Assembly: GCA_964252035.1 (NCBI GenBank)
Contig: CAXUOO010000248.1
Reading direction: 5' to 3' (one strand)
Source of the DNA: Podarcis erhardii
Taxonomy: Eukaryota
Length of the DNA stretch: 64,000 bases
Position numbers and translations under genes: made by a program. The notes under the pieces were generated by a model that was not told the origin of the DNA, searched no databases, and was given only the letters and a program-made list of their open reading frames with translations. Shown piece after piece: positions 49,713-63,575 of the stretch. Numbering within the stretch: the stretch's first letter is position 1; every line of letters begins with the position of its first letter.

Positions 49713-52700
49713 ATGCATAACAGTACAGCAGACTTGTCGCAGTCGCGAGGAAGCAACATCAGTTGCAACAGCAGCAATGAGTGCTTCTCTCCGCGTTCGC
49801 TTTGCTCTTTTTTTGAAGCTGACGCGACAGAGAGGAAACGCATATCCAGCAATGCCTCAACTGGCGAAAGACCGACTGTTTCTGCCTGGCTGAAGAGTCG
49901 AAGTCTGCTTATATATCAAGGCGCAGAAGCCGTAGGCTTTAACGATCGCTACGACGCTATGATGTGTCTGTCTTTTTTCTTTTCTCTCAAGAGTGAATAG
50001 ATGTGTGTGTCCGCTCAGTGCTGGGTGGTGATCCAGGGCGCAGTGATCCGTGGTGTTTTCGACTTAGTCCCTCAATGAGATCAACACGGCGTCAACATCA
50101 GTCCATGCTAGTGAATAATTTACTTACAAGAGCTAGTTCACTTCCGAGAGCGCAGTTTGATTCTGTGACGTCAAGGCTGCTACTGGCTTTGTTCTTTTGC
50201 CGCTCTGGGACCACATCGCACAATGCAGTCGATATCGTTTTGAAAAGGTCTCGCCTATCCTCAACATCTTTTTGCTCTACGGGTTTCCAGCAGCTTTGCG
50301 TGGACCACTGCATTCCGCTACTCGACTCTCGAAAGCTGCGTCGTCAAACACATCACATGACACCTACACAGCAATCCCACACTTGGTCGTGTGCGAGAAG
50401 GCGAGGGGCCTGTGGCTCGGCAAAAAAGCGAACCAGTTGTTCAGTTGAAAAAAGACTTTCTTGAAACGTGGCTCCGTGCTCTGTGCGTACATCCGTCCTT
50501 ATTTTTCACTGTCTCTCGTGTGCGACTCGTCTGCTGCACCTGTTGGTGCTGTCACCCTCAGCAAATCCGCGCCACGCTCAACTCTCCCAGTGCGTCGTTG
50601 CTGTCGATGTGTGTCTGCAGCGGCTGCATCTACTGGCTCTAGCTCCGGGGCGATTGGCAGTTTTGAAAGAACGACTGAGGAAAACTTTTCTTCCAAGGAA
50701 ACTCGAGCAAGAGCTGCACTTGTCGCGTTCGCAACAGGAAATTCGAGCGATGCTTCGCAGCAGACGTGCAGGGGTCGACTCACCGCAACTGCTGTGGGCA
50801 CGGCTGCCTGACAATGGCTCTCAGCATTTCTTGCGTGGGTTTCAAGCTCAAAAACAGCGGCCACTGCAGGATCTGTCGCCGCAGGTGGAGCCCACGGACG
50901 TTTCTTGGGGAGCGGCGGCTCAGCGTCGGCAGTGCGCTAGCAGCGGCAGTTTGCAGAACTCGCGACGACGACTGAAGGAGGAGGGAACACTTATTCTGAT
51001 GGAATGGGTGGAAGGCGTTTCTATTGAGGCGGTGCTACAGCAGTTGGAGTTGAGGGAGAAGCAACTTGCTGAAAAGGAACGGAGTCGTGCTTCTTTGGCA
51101 AATCAATGCAGCGGCGGAGGCGGTGGCGACGGCGGCGAGAGCGTCAAGGGCCGCAGCAGTTCCGGCGCGAGAAGTTGCTGCGTCAGCATGGGCAAGGAAG
51201 GAAGTGATGGCAATTGCAGCACGCTTAGCTACACAGCTGCTGCAGCCGCCGCAGGGGCCCCACAGAACTCTTCCCAGAACGTCCGCTTGGTTCCACCAAG
51301 AAAGAGCGCGGGGGGCGGCAGGAGAGGACAGGAAAAAAGCAGTGGCAGTCGCCCCCTTCTTACAGATGACCGAGAGCTTTCTTGTGACACTGCTGATAGT
51401 GATGAGACTACACAGTCGGAAGAGTCGGAGTGTGAAGAAGACACCTGGCGCAACGCCGAGACAAGGGATCTTCTTCGAAGTAGGCGTGTGGCAGTAGATC
51501 AGGTGACAACACAGTTCATTCGCACAGGGGGCTGGGCTACAAAGAAAGGGCTCGAAGTTGTCAGTCTTAGCCTCGAGACAGCATGGGTGGTGAGAGCTGG
51601 AAACGGCACTGAAACAGAGCTTGAGGGAGAAGCTGGTCGGCGTGGCGCGAAGATTCGACTTGATCGTTCATTAAAATATCATGGATCTGCTTCATTGTTT
51701 TTCATCTCCTTGCACTTACCCGTAATAACGGCAAATACCTTGTTCTTTCATCTAGATGTGCACATATACACATATTTGAGGTGTAGGTGATGTGCATATG
51801 CAAATAGAGACAGACTGAATATATGTCGAAACACGTGCCAATTCTAGCGATACTTCTCCAACGTCACTATTGCCTGCCTTCGCTGATGAGAGATCAGACA
51901 TATGTGTGCAGGTTGATATTCTTTTTTCAAGAAAACTTTACAAATAGCGCTGATTATTGTGCATGAATATGTGTCGGTCAGGCCTTGGAAAAGCAGCTGG
52001 CGAAGCCATTGCGAAGCTCCACTGCGCGCATCTGATACACGGAGATTTGACGACAGGAAACCTCCTCGTTCGTCTCCCTCCTTGTTGCAGCTTGTCACAT
52101 AAAGCACCATCTGCAGCTCGTATCGTGAAGGATCTTGTGACGGAACCCTCGCTGGCTGTAACACGTACAACAGAAGAGACGTCAAAGTCGTGTTCAGGTG
52201 TTTTCACGCGGCAGGCGCGAGCAGAAGCTCATGTAGAAGCTCGAGAAACGAAAGCAAAGCGACAATGCTGGTTTTCACCGCGGTCGTTTGGATGGTTAAC
52301 TTCTGCAGCTAGTGAGAGTCTAGAAGAATGTTCTGGCTCCCCGATTCTGCAGCAAGAGGAGTCTTTGAAGGAACAGCAACAAGTGCACGATTCTGACAGG
52401 CTTCCTCTATATAGTTTGGCAAGCCAAACAAGAGTAGCAGCAGCAGCCCCGCCTGTATTCTGTTGCAAACGAACGCCTGCAGCAGCAGCTGCTGCTGCTG
52501 CGCGTGCTATCGCTGCTGCATCGAAGATGGGCGGAACTCAAGTGGCAGCAGCAATTGCTGCAGAAGTGCTTGCGGCTACCTCAGTAGCCGCCAAGTCAGA
52601 TAATACATGTCGGTTTACTGACTCTACTAAAAATCGAGACGTACCTTTGCATGAAAAGCGACTGCTTGAAGAGGAGCTGCTGGTGCGCCATCACATTGAA

Positions 52701-54324
52701 GCAGCAATGCAGGCAACTGCTGGTGCAGTAGCTAACACTTTGCTGCTACAGCATGAAGTTGCACTTCGTGACCGCAAATCCCCGAGTGTACGCAGCAGCA
52801 GCAGCAGCAGCGCCGCAGCGACGAACGGCAACGCGGAACAAAGGACATACGATTTCAAAGTAGCATCGCTCTCGGTCTGCGTGATAGATTTTGGTTTGGC
52901 AAGCACTTCATCGCTTCCGGAGGTCAGTGAATTTATCAGAATCGCGCCATGATGGCATCTCGCGAAAGAACTCATAAAATACGGTCAAATAGTGTGGAAT
53001 ATCTTTGGCCAGCTCATCCCGTATCATGTTGTGTCCTTCCCTTGGTGCTGCACGTAAAAGTTATGGAAATGGGAGTCAGTTCAATGATCGTCCTTTTAAT
53101 CTCGAGCGACTTGCAGTCGTCTGACGCATGAAGTAGAAACTTTGTGATTTTCAATTGCAGCTCTGGATGCAAGATTCTTGTTGGTTTGAAGGTTGCAACT
53201 CGAAAGATTTGTACCTTTGTAGTATATCTTCTCTCAGCGTGCCACATTCTCTTCTCCTGCGCACAAGCAGCAGCAACGTGCCTTATTTTTCTAAAAATAC
53301 GGAAGCATGCACTATGAAGACTACTCAGACTGAACAGAGGGGGGGAGGGGGGTGGGTATGACAAGAGTACCGCACTCCGCACCGGCTTCCACACTATGGG
53401 TAACTTGTGAGCTAGGAGAGTTCTAAATTAGTGGTTTCTGGCAGAAGTTTAAATTTGCTTTCTTGATGATATTTTCAGGATAAAGCTGTAGACCTCTTTG
53501 TACTGGAGCGCGCGTTGCGGAGCACGCACGTTAAATGTGCGAAACTTTTTCTAACTTCATTATTTGACGCGTACAAACACGGATGCCCTAACGCAGCAAG
53601 TGTCCTAAATCGACTAGAAGCTGGTAAGATTACTGATAATTGAGTGAGAAAACTTCATGCGCAAAGCCAGTTTGTAGTATGTAGATTGTGGTTTGGAAAA
53701 AAAGCTGCCTCTGCACCATTCCTGGCTTTCGTGTGCTATGGGCTTCATTATTATCGCTGCATATGGAGAAGCGGCTGCGCATCAAACTATTTTCCGCTTA
53801 AAATACTTCTGTTTTTCTGTACTCATATTTTCCGTATTATATTTCACGCTTGTACGTCTTTTTGCCTTGACTGATACTTTTTCCTCTCTATCAAGATCTG
53901 TTTGTGTGCGCACACATCTTGATAATAATCCAAACATCGCAGGAAGGTCATCAAGGGGGTACAGCAGGGGGGACTGTGTGCATACTTTCCAAAGGTTCTG
54001 ACTATATTAGCATGAATATATGTTAATGCAAAATCCTACTCACGCGCGTTAAAAAAGCTTCTCTAGCAATTTGCAGCTGCTTTCTGCCTTCCTTCCATGC
54101 CAAACGGCACCTAGTTCTGCCTAATTAGGTTAATGTGGTTTTATGCGCTTTACTGCAACCTTCGTCATATCTGGTCTCAGACTGCAACATTTACGTGGCC
54201 AATGATAGTGGCATGGAAACCTCAGGAGAGCAAGGTTGGTCAATGCATGTCTGTAGGGCTGTGTCTTTATATTTGCATGTGTGCAGTTCGCCTGCGCGGG
54301 CGCAAACGTCTTATGGTTGGGTAA
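49713..54324 (+). CDS. BUD32: Bud32/TP53RK (PRPK) KEOPS-complex kinase, 5 exons, ~733 aa
   Basis: Exons 49713-49931, 50621-51479, 51982-52922, 53479-53623, 54287-54324; phases are consistent. Motifs: LIYQGAEA, VLKER, QEIRAM, LILMEWVEG, AIAKLH..LIHGDLTTGN, VIDFGLA, PEDKAVDLFVLERA, VRLRGRKRLMVG*. The start codon is the least certain part. Confidence 0.92.
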
Positions 54325-55283
54325 AACGAGGTTTCCCCCTCCCTAACTGCTTCTCCGCATATCTGGAAATAGAATTCTACGCTGCTCATTCTATTTTTTT
54401 CCAGTTCTTATGAGAAGAAACGTGCTCACTTTGAAAAGTGTTGGGCAAGACTCTCAAGCGGATGCGTGTAGTAGCACAAACCTAGAATTTCCTCTTTTCC
54501 CCTTCAAACTAGACTCTTATCATCAGCGCAAAATGAAGACGGCCACTGCATGCTCGTACAGTCAGAATTTTCCTTTCATTGCTTTTCAAGCGCGTAAAAC
54601 GAGTAGAAAAAGAGGGTTTCACGGTCAGTTTGCATCAGCAAATTGCTGGTATAACGGGAAAAATAACGGTGCCTGTGGCTATTAAAGGAAGTATTTTTTT
54701 CTTTCCAACGCCCTGATGCGGTATTTTTGCCGCATGACGCCGTGCTCTAGGACAGCATGCACCTGGTCGCTGGAGCACTACATATTGAACATTTCCACTG
54801 TTGAGCGCGCAAATTTTTGCAGATCAAAAAACTGTGCTAGTGATCGTGTACTATCAAAAACTGTTGATTCCAGTCGAGAGTTTTCCATAATTGTTTTCAG
54901 CCCTTATTCATCGCGCCGCAATGTCTCCGCGTACCATTTGTTGAATGCTGTTCAGCATACTAACTTTTGATGGCAAGTCACAGATACCATGCCGAAGTTA
55001 TAATTGGGTACGAGTGATCAATTTCTTATATTTTACTGCGCGGATCAGTATTCTCTTTGACGTGCTCAGCCTCAGCCCGGGCCACCTCTTCAGCAGGTGC
55101 GTAGGCCACATGGACAGCTTCACGAATTAGTACGGGAGCGCTTTGCTGCCCGCCCCACAAACATAAAGCCGAAAGAAACTGAAAATGATGCGTTTGCTTG
55201 CAAGCGGTTCATTGCGGGTATTTGCATAGTTGCTTTCGTATTCAGAGAACGGCGTGACTAAAGAAGCAGCAGAATTTGTGAGG

Positions 55284-58200
55284 CTACTGTACCTCCTGAA
55301 GACAGGGCAGCCCCAAATTTTTCAAGAAAGGAGCGTTCCACTGTTTTTTCCCGTAGCGAGTTCCTGTAAAGAAAGTTCACTCAACGCCACCATTCGAGGA
55401 CTTGCAATTCACTGCAGCAGACCCGGGTCACGATCGATGCCTCATTTGATATTCTATCCTTGGTTTCCGTCATCGGAGAAGTGGGCCTATACATGTGCTT
55501 GGGAATGCTAATTTGCACTCTCGATTCTCTTGCTGTAGTGTATCTTAGGAGGCATAGATAAACATTTACCAAGATCACAAAGGACAGTGCAAATTCTGTG
55601 CCCAGGCCCCAGTTGAAGCCCTAGTCTGATGGCCGCCGCCACGTTCACTCCGCTGGTCATGCCTACAGCCAGACCCTCCTGCAGTGTGCCAAAAAAAAAC
55701 TCTACCAGTTGGAACATCAGTCAAATAGCACGATACAAGTGTTGCCTGGTGCTCGCTCAGTGATGTACGTATAATTGAGGCACTTTAGAGATCGAGATTG
55801 AATATATATATATTCTAAGTGCAGGCACTCGCCTGCGTTGCCTACACTTGTTCGCTCTGACCGTTTTAGACAACATTCTGGTTTGGAGTGTTTGACTGCC
55901 CAGCGTGACATCAAATTTTTTTTGTTCTTCGAATGGAGTGGAGAATTGCAGGCAGAACTGCACAGGTCCCTTTTTTTATGAATAAATGAACGGGTCAAAA
56001 TTTGGGATCAGTTATCTCACAAAAAAAGACCAACCGACGATATAGTCGATGCTAGGCGATTACTTTTTCAAGAAGCGAATGCGTCCATTGTAATGATTCT
56101 TCGTCTGAAATCTCGAAGGCCGCATCTGGCTTGAATCCTTTGAGCTGTCCAGTTATGCGCCCTTGCCCTGAACCAAGTATAGCTTTACACCCGCTTGCTA
56201 AGCTAGAAGCGACTCCCACATTTTAAAATCTACAGCATAGTGGATTTTGATTAATCTACCAAGATTCACACTAAAATACTATAAAAGGTGTCGCTCCGGT
56301 ACTTTTATTATACTTCTTTCTCTGCTTTTTACAAATCTGCTAACGACACCTCTTTCATCCTTGATAATTCTTTTTCGCTCCGAAACCTTAAAAGTAGCAA
56401 CGTATAGCAGTTGTTTCAGGCCTCGCCCTTGTGTCTCACTCACCGATATTTTCAACTATAGAAGATCCTTCTGCCTTTAAAGTACCTTCCGTATAGTATC
56501 GATACAGCGCAGACCCAGGAATGTCTGCGATGGCTACCATTACGTCTTTATTCTGCGAACGAAGATATTCTGACACTCCAGTTACAGTCCCACCTGTACC
56601 GGCCGCGGAAACGAATCCGTCAATTTGACCGTCCATTTGCTCCCTTGACGAAACAGAGAGAAGCACAGTCGAGTACAGATTATTTATGACTACTACCAAA
56701 AGCTCCAGCTCGCCAAAATACTGCCCTCCAGAATCAAAAGCGTATAAGAGTTCTGATAATATCTCGTAAGCTAGACCATCTGCCTCGTACCAGATTTCTG
56801 GCCCTGTGGTCTCCAAATGTGAAAGCTTGTTAGCCTGAAGATCGATGTCACTCAGACAACATGTCGGCATTTGCAAAACTACGCTTCAAGGACGTTGAAT
56901 TAATTGAGCAAAGAGAAGGGTACAGTTGATCCATATTAGCTGTCATACCAACGACGGCGGGGAGCTCTGCTCTTGCTTGACTCTACTGCTTCTGCAAACC
57001 ATTTTCTTTGTATACGTGATAAGACCTCAGCTAGCCTAGCTCGTGGGGAGCATTTCGTTTATGATAGCTTCGACCTCATTCCTACACTGTTAATGCCTGT
57101 AAGTAATTCGGCTTGCGATTTAACTATAATTTGACCGTGCGGTGTAGACTACTTATTAGAAAAATAATAGGAAATAAGCCGCAGACGAGGGTGTGACTTA
57201 CTAAGTTGTCAAATTGATTCCCCCAGCAGGCGCCCATGATTGAGGCTAGTCGACCCGAGAATTTGACGAAATGATCGGGATGCCACACTTTGTTGAAAGG
57301 GACTTCCACAACAGTAACCCCGCAAACTTTCAGCATTTCCTGATAAGCGTAATGTGTTCAAAAGTAATCATTGTGAGACGCTTTAGTCAAGTTGGCTGTG
57401 TTAGTTGTTTTGCTGAAAAGGCGGCGAATCTATATATAATTCATTAAAACACTGAGTCTTCTTTTAGCAACTTTCACAAAGCTCAAAAAGCAGCTTCCTC
57501 GAAAGCTAGGGAGTAACGCTTTGTTGAACATGAGCCAATGATCAAATCACCCCATTTCAAACGTTTCGCGCGTTTCATGTTCAGATCAACAAATACCTTC
57601 TTTTCATGCGTTTGATTTTCTGGAATAACACAAACAACGTGGTAGTCTCTAGCTTTCGAGGCAAGGGCTAATCCAATCGCGGTGTTCCCGGCTGAGCCTT
57701 CAACAATCAGATTCTTGTCAGCGGACAGTGATCCTGCATCGATCAAATTTTAGAACGGGTGAGCGCGGATTCTTTTTTCAAGTACTGGGTACGTGATCAT
57801 ATCCTGGTGCCCCCAATGGTACATAAGGCTGCACAGGGCTTCCAGAGTATGCTAATTTCGCGCATATATAGTTTTTTCCAAATTAAGATACTCACAAAAG
57901 GCGCATATATAGCTTTATTTAGCGTAGTATACCCACAAAGACGCCTATACGTTATATTGCTGAATGTCTAGACAATTTACATAATTACCCGAGTTTGGCT
58001 CGAAGGACACGTACACTTTTGAATCCTCTCTGATGGTAAACTTACCCTCACATTACATACCTTCCTTTTCGGCTTGATTAATGATATACATTGCTGGACG
58101 GTCTTTCACCGAGCCCCCGGGGTTATTGAATTCGCATTTGGCGAAAATTTCACAGCGAGCGGCTTTACTCGCTTCCCGTAAGTATATCAAAGGAGTTGAA

Positions 58201-58626
58201 CCGACGGCATCCTGGAAGCCGTGACACACCCTCAACGGAGACCTCTTTTCGAAAATGTGCTCATGATGGCTGGCCGATTTTACGAGTGAACCCTTCAACT
58301 TGTTTGTCGCACCTGTCGGTGGTTTGCTTAACAGCGATTTGCGCGAGTGCTCTATGTGACGCCTATTTTTTTGTACAAGTTGCTCCAGCGTTGTGGATAT
58401 CGGGCGCCGCGCTTTCCTTGAAAAGATTCTTGTCTGTAAATGTAACAATCAAACATACACATACATTGGGAAGTGAGAAATGGAGATTTAGCGCGCTCTG
58501 TTGTTTTTGCGAACTCTTTGTTGAGTCCACAAAGCTTACTACAGCACGGCTGAGAAAGATATCGACGGAAGAAGCACGCGAAAGAAACGCGACGTTGCGC
58601 GGAAGTGTTTCGCGTACGTAATCCAT
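55284..58626 (-). CDS. cysK: Cysteine synthase / O-acetylserine (thiol)-lyase, PLP-dependent, 9 exons, ~423 aa
   Basis: Exons 58626-58540 (uncertain), 58433-58061, 57733-57597, 57339-57202, 56834-56791, 56643-56444, 56167-56064, 55678-55570, 55363-55284. Motifs: VGSTPLIYL, KCEFNNPGGSVKDR (PLP lysine), EGSAGNT, NQFDN, HLETTGPEIW, GTGGT, GQGRIT, EGLAVGMTSGVNV, LCDLGTRY. Confidence 0.93.
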
Positions 58627-58879
58627 AGCAGTACTTGCAAAAGCGCTTCAACGAGGTTCGCAAAATTTATTTTGAAGAGACGATTTGCACCATTGTGCTG
58701 TTCCCGAACACGACTACGGGAAACTTGTCCCTTGAGTGACTAACGCACTTAATTGAGCTCGAGAAAGTTGAACGCAAACTATTCTTCAGCCAATTTCCTT
58801 GCTTTATGTAAGGAAGTGCTTTGTGTATGAATTCGATTATTCGATGCAAGGCTGCGCTGTTCTCGACATGCAGAGCCGC

Positions 58880-61800
58880 GCTTGCTCGCCAAGAAACCAC
58901 CTGATAACTGCCGAGGCCCCGCGTGCAATTACGAGGTTCGCTTGACGTTTGAATCAACTTCGGTTCCATTGAAGAAAGAAAAGCGTTCACCAAAAGCTTC
59001 TAATGCCGGCATGGACGGGCCGCAAACCTGGTACAGCCTACTGTCCCTACCAGGTGCTCTGACAGAGCTCGATAGTCTCAAACAAGACCTTTTGAATTTA
59101 TTGTTTCTACGCGCTTTCCAATAAAGCCCTAGAAAACTCTGAGCTCAGCATAACATACTTATTTTCTTGCTATAATAGGTAGGTGACCTACCAGGTAATC
59201 ATCAGAGAACAATATGCTCAGCTATTCGGTTAGCAAATTTTTCTCCAAGCTGCAAGGGTCGACACACCCTCGAAAATATGTCGGCAACCCTTCCTAACAA
59301 CAGGTGCCGCAGTGCACCGCAGCGTCTTTTATGATGTGACAATATAGAATTCTACTGCATGATATCTTTAAAGGAAAGCCTTCTCCAGTTTTTGCAGAGC
59401 GCCACCATTATTGATAAATTTTTTTCTCTCAGGACGTGTTTGACCAGAAGAGGGGACGGAGCAAAAAATCAATGGTGGTTGCAATAAAGTTAGGTTCATG
59501 TTTTCTGACGGTATCAGGCGTTGAAGAGAACGATTGAATCGCGAACCGCCGCGATTAAGGGTAGTAAGACTTTCAAATAATCGGGCGACTGCCTGCAACT
59601 AGATTTGCTTGTATCAAAGGTTCACCGTTTCACACTCAATTGCACATAGACAAGATATTGCACAGCACGTGGGAAGTCGCAGCACATGTTGGCCACTGCA
59701 CAAAAAGAGAATCTAAGAATGAACGAAAAAGCATCAACAGCACTAGAGGTTATTCTAGGCAAAACCGAGTCACAATTAAAACTTATCTGTATTATTAAAA
59801 GTTATCTGTATTGTAGACATGAAGCGAAATTTCGCTGCAAACTGTAACTTGGTAGTAACCAAACCTATTCACGAGTGAATTCTCTGTTGCATCCACGCTA
59901 CCGACGTCATCATATAACGGGAATTTCGAGTACGTATCTTAACTAACCCATACAACGAAAGAGTAGGTGGAAAACCACAGCAAGATTCAGTGCAATCGCA
60001 TAAATTCCGAAAAGTTATCCGAGGTGAGACTTTTTAAGAGCAGTATTCGCTTTAAATGCAACTCCTCTGTCAAGCCCCATCACTGCTATGTCAGAATGGT
60101 GCCTCAGGCTTGTAGTTCTCAAACCAGGAAAAGAACAAAATCACTCGCAGCAGTAGAGTCTTTTTGTCTTCGGCAAATGCTACTTGAAGTGCAGTGATAT
60201 TTTTCGTTTTAGGAATCGAATTGATTCAGTGCTGAACATACGTGATTGACTCAGCCACGTCTTATAACACAATGAGCCTCACCAAAACCAAAAAAGGTAT
60301 GAAATAATTTTGAGCGCTATACTCTTTTTATGTCTTTGTGATTGCTACTCAAAGGTGCAGTGGATTTATTCGATCTAGAATTTAGTGTCCAGAACATTCT
60401 TGAGAGACTCAGCCAGGTCTTTTAACACAACGTGTCTAACCCCTAGCTATGCGATCCAAGGCTGAAAATGCACTGGAACACATTGATTCTCAAAACTATA
60501 CGAGGGAAAACTTAGCAGAGTCTGATCAGGTGAAATTGTAGTCGGAGCGCGTTGACAGAATAAGTGTGTGACAGCGAAACTTTTCGAAAATTGTTTTCCA
60601 CTGTTACAACTTGCAGTCAAGCAAAGGAGGAGTTGAAATATGTATATGTGCATTAGATGCAGGGAATTTGGTCGTAGACTGATTGGCTTGCTTACCACAT
60701 TATCAACATCTTACACATTCCTTTAGCAGACTTTGTAGGTTGGCCACATCACAACGAAAACTTACCATGCAGCACATCATCTGAGAAACTGCAACGCCTG
60801 CACCTTGAGTGTAATTCCTAATTTCATCGTAGTGCAACTTTGGTAGAAGCGTTTTGTGTCGGCTGCCTGGATTGATTAGCCGCTCCCAAAGTTACTGCTG
60901 TTTGATGCGTTGAGGTATTAGCTCGTGTTAATTGGCTGCCAGGCGAAGACAGAGTGCAATACACGGGAAGGGAGAAAGACTCTAGAAATCTACAGTAAGA
61001 AAGTAACTCAGTATTGGTAAACTCTTCTTCCTTTGTTCGCAAAACCCGTAATTTCTAGTGTCAGTTAGTTAGCCAAGTAATTGACACCGTTGATTGCCAT
61101 CACTCTGTCTTGATATCCAGAGAGCGAACTCTGACAATATTCTTTAGCATTTACAGTTAAAGTCCAACTTATGATTCCTCAGCGTCTGAAATCAACAGCA
61201 GACTTCTTGTTAGTGAGCTCTGACAATAGCCATTAGCATTTACAGTTAAAGCCCAACGTATAATTCCTCAGCGACTCAAATCAACAACAGACTTCTTGTT
61301 AGAATGATGTTATGCGGGAAGGTGCGACGCGCCTACCAACTTGAATGCTGCATTACAAAACTTGTGCTCTAAACAAAAAGGCTAGGCATTTCTTCCGCAG
61401 AGCGGCATCACGCGATGGCTTTGTTGCACGATGAAGTCGCTTCGAGATCGATAAGCATTTCGGAAAAATTTGGTTCATTCGCAACAAGTGACAAAGAAAT
61501 TCACGAGTGACTCCCCCAAGGCCCATAAAAAAAAAGTCAAATTGCCAATTTGAATCTACGCGTGTGCTGAAAACTCGCTGGACGTACGCATTTGCTCACG
61601 AAGTTCTACGGAGTGATTATATATGTGGTAGATCTTCGTTTTGGTTATTCTCTTGTGTGACAGGCAACGCACTTGTCGAAGAATTCTTAGGCCATTTATG
61701 GCTGCACATTACGTACGTCAAAGTGCGTACTTGTAGTTGTATTTTCGTGTAGAAGCAGTAGTCACAAATAGATGAAAAACATGAGCAGGGAGAGAGCACA

Positions 61801-63230
61801 CTCCTGAGAGACTGCCGTCTGTGGCTTGCCTCTGTACTTCCGAGCTTCGTCTTGTGCAAGAAACTGACAGCTAAGTATGATATTTTCACAGGTGAACTCA
61901 GTTGCAGGGCTGCACTCCATCGGCTTATTAAACTTGACGGCGCCTCCTCAAGTCGATGAATTGATGCCTACACCTCAATCAGCAGCGGTTTGTCAAAGGA
62001 ACAATTTTGATGCGTTGCCTTCTCCTGTCACAACATTTCAAAAACTATGTCTTAAGTCTTGCCAGATCTGCACAACACCACTGACACGAGAGCACTGAAA
62101 ACTGTGGTGGCGCGCACGCGCCAAGGCTACCTGGCGTCCCACAAGGAGAAATCCCGCCTAACGGTTGTAATGTGGCACCTTGCGGATGATTATCACGAAT
62201 TCCTTCGACACACTACTTTCGTTCCATCAAAATGTCCAGTAAGGCAAGCGGTGTAAGAGAAATACGTTTCACGGCAAAGGGACGGAACCTGTAACACGAT
62301 TTGTTTTAGCGACGTAGGTGTCTGACAGAATCTGCGTGAACGTAGAGAGGCTGGTTTCAGTTCTGTTCGAGAATCTAAGGGACACTTAGCTCTGATAGGT
62401 GCAAACTTAATCAAACAAAAATCTTCAATCAATGTCTCATGCTGATGTGATAGTCTACCACTCTTCATTCAACTACCCCGAATTCCCGCAGCTCGTGAAT
62501 GTCTTTTTTGAGACCAATATCTGCGAGGTGGGGAAAACCACCCAGGTGTTCGGCCAGAAAATTTCATAAAAATGAGCAAATTATACAGTCAGTAATACAG
62601 TAGAAAACGACTTGCGCTCGATTTGCATTTGAAGGCATTTTCAACCAGCAAGGAATGGGTCATATCTTTGTTGTGTTGAGTAAGTTCGGGTCAAGCTGGT
62701 GTGTGTGTGTGTACGTTTCAATCTTTGTATCTCGCTCGGTTAATCTGCATATCTTGACGGTTCCATGTGGAAAAAGAGCTCGACAGAGCGATGCAGCGCC
62801 ACACCATATAGACCCCCAATATGATATCTTCAGACACATTTTCCGCGCAGTCGCTTCGTTTGTATAATAAATCTGATGCAGCGGTAATGTGTTCATAAAA
62901 AACAACTCAGTATATTGATCTGAGTGGTTTTATTAACAGAAAATAGGCTTGCAAAGCTGTCGAAATTATTCGCGTTTCTCCGTAAACAAGACATACCTTC
63001 AAACGCCGGACGTGAAAATCGTTTGAAAAACTGACTATGGCTCCCTTCCCTGCGTGTGCAGAAGAGTCAATCCGACGTCAACTCTGTTGCAACGTCCCCA
63101 GCGCACGAACCAGAAGTCACTTGCTTCTTGTGTTTGTTGAAGGTCAAAATGACTCAGGAGTGTACATAATGTCATCTAATAATGTCGATGAACTGATCAC
63201 CCTTCAATTTCCACCTTTCATGTAGCATTA
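58880..63230 (+). CDS. Probable unresolved multi-exon hypothetical gene
   Basis: Splice-flanked open segments such as ~62066-62238 (DLHNTTDTRALKTVVARTRQGY...) and ~63061-63221 (EESIRRQLCCNVPSARTRSHLLLVFVEG...). No phase-consistent model or recognisable family. Confidence 0.25.
61129..61303. repeat. Diverged tandem duplication, period 90 bp
   Basis: CTCTGACAATA..TTAGCATTTACAGTTAAAG.CCAAC.TAT.ATTCCTCAGCG.CT.AAATCAACA.CAGACTTCTTGTTAG occurs twice. Confidence 0.9.
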
Positions 63231-63575
63231 GTTACTTTTGCTCAGCAAATCCGTAGAAATGTGTACAGATTTAGATGTTGCCCTAGAATGGTAACCTTGG
63301 CTGTGGATGATGATCTGTATTGTGATATCTGCAGAAGCAGGGCAAGTTGACATGACAATCGGCTTTTTCTTAAGAGCTCTCTTTGCATACAAATTGAAGA
63401 AGTTGAAGTTGGCGTAACTGTCGAGTTTTGCTCAGAAGGTATCCTTGCATACAACATTGCAGTAGAAATTTAGCACCATAATCGAGTTTTTCCAGCCTGC
63501 GCCACAAACAGTCTATTTGTTTGAGGGCCCATTCAAAAAAAACTTGCAAAGTTTTCAGACAGGTCTGACGTTTGA

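Noticed and set aside
56660-56790. Reading YEADG..ELLYAF.. as part of cysteine synthase
   Set aside because: The splice TG|GTACGA to CAAG|G restores the conserved PEIWEQMDGQIDGF, so this stretch is intron.
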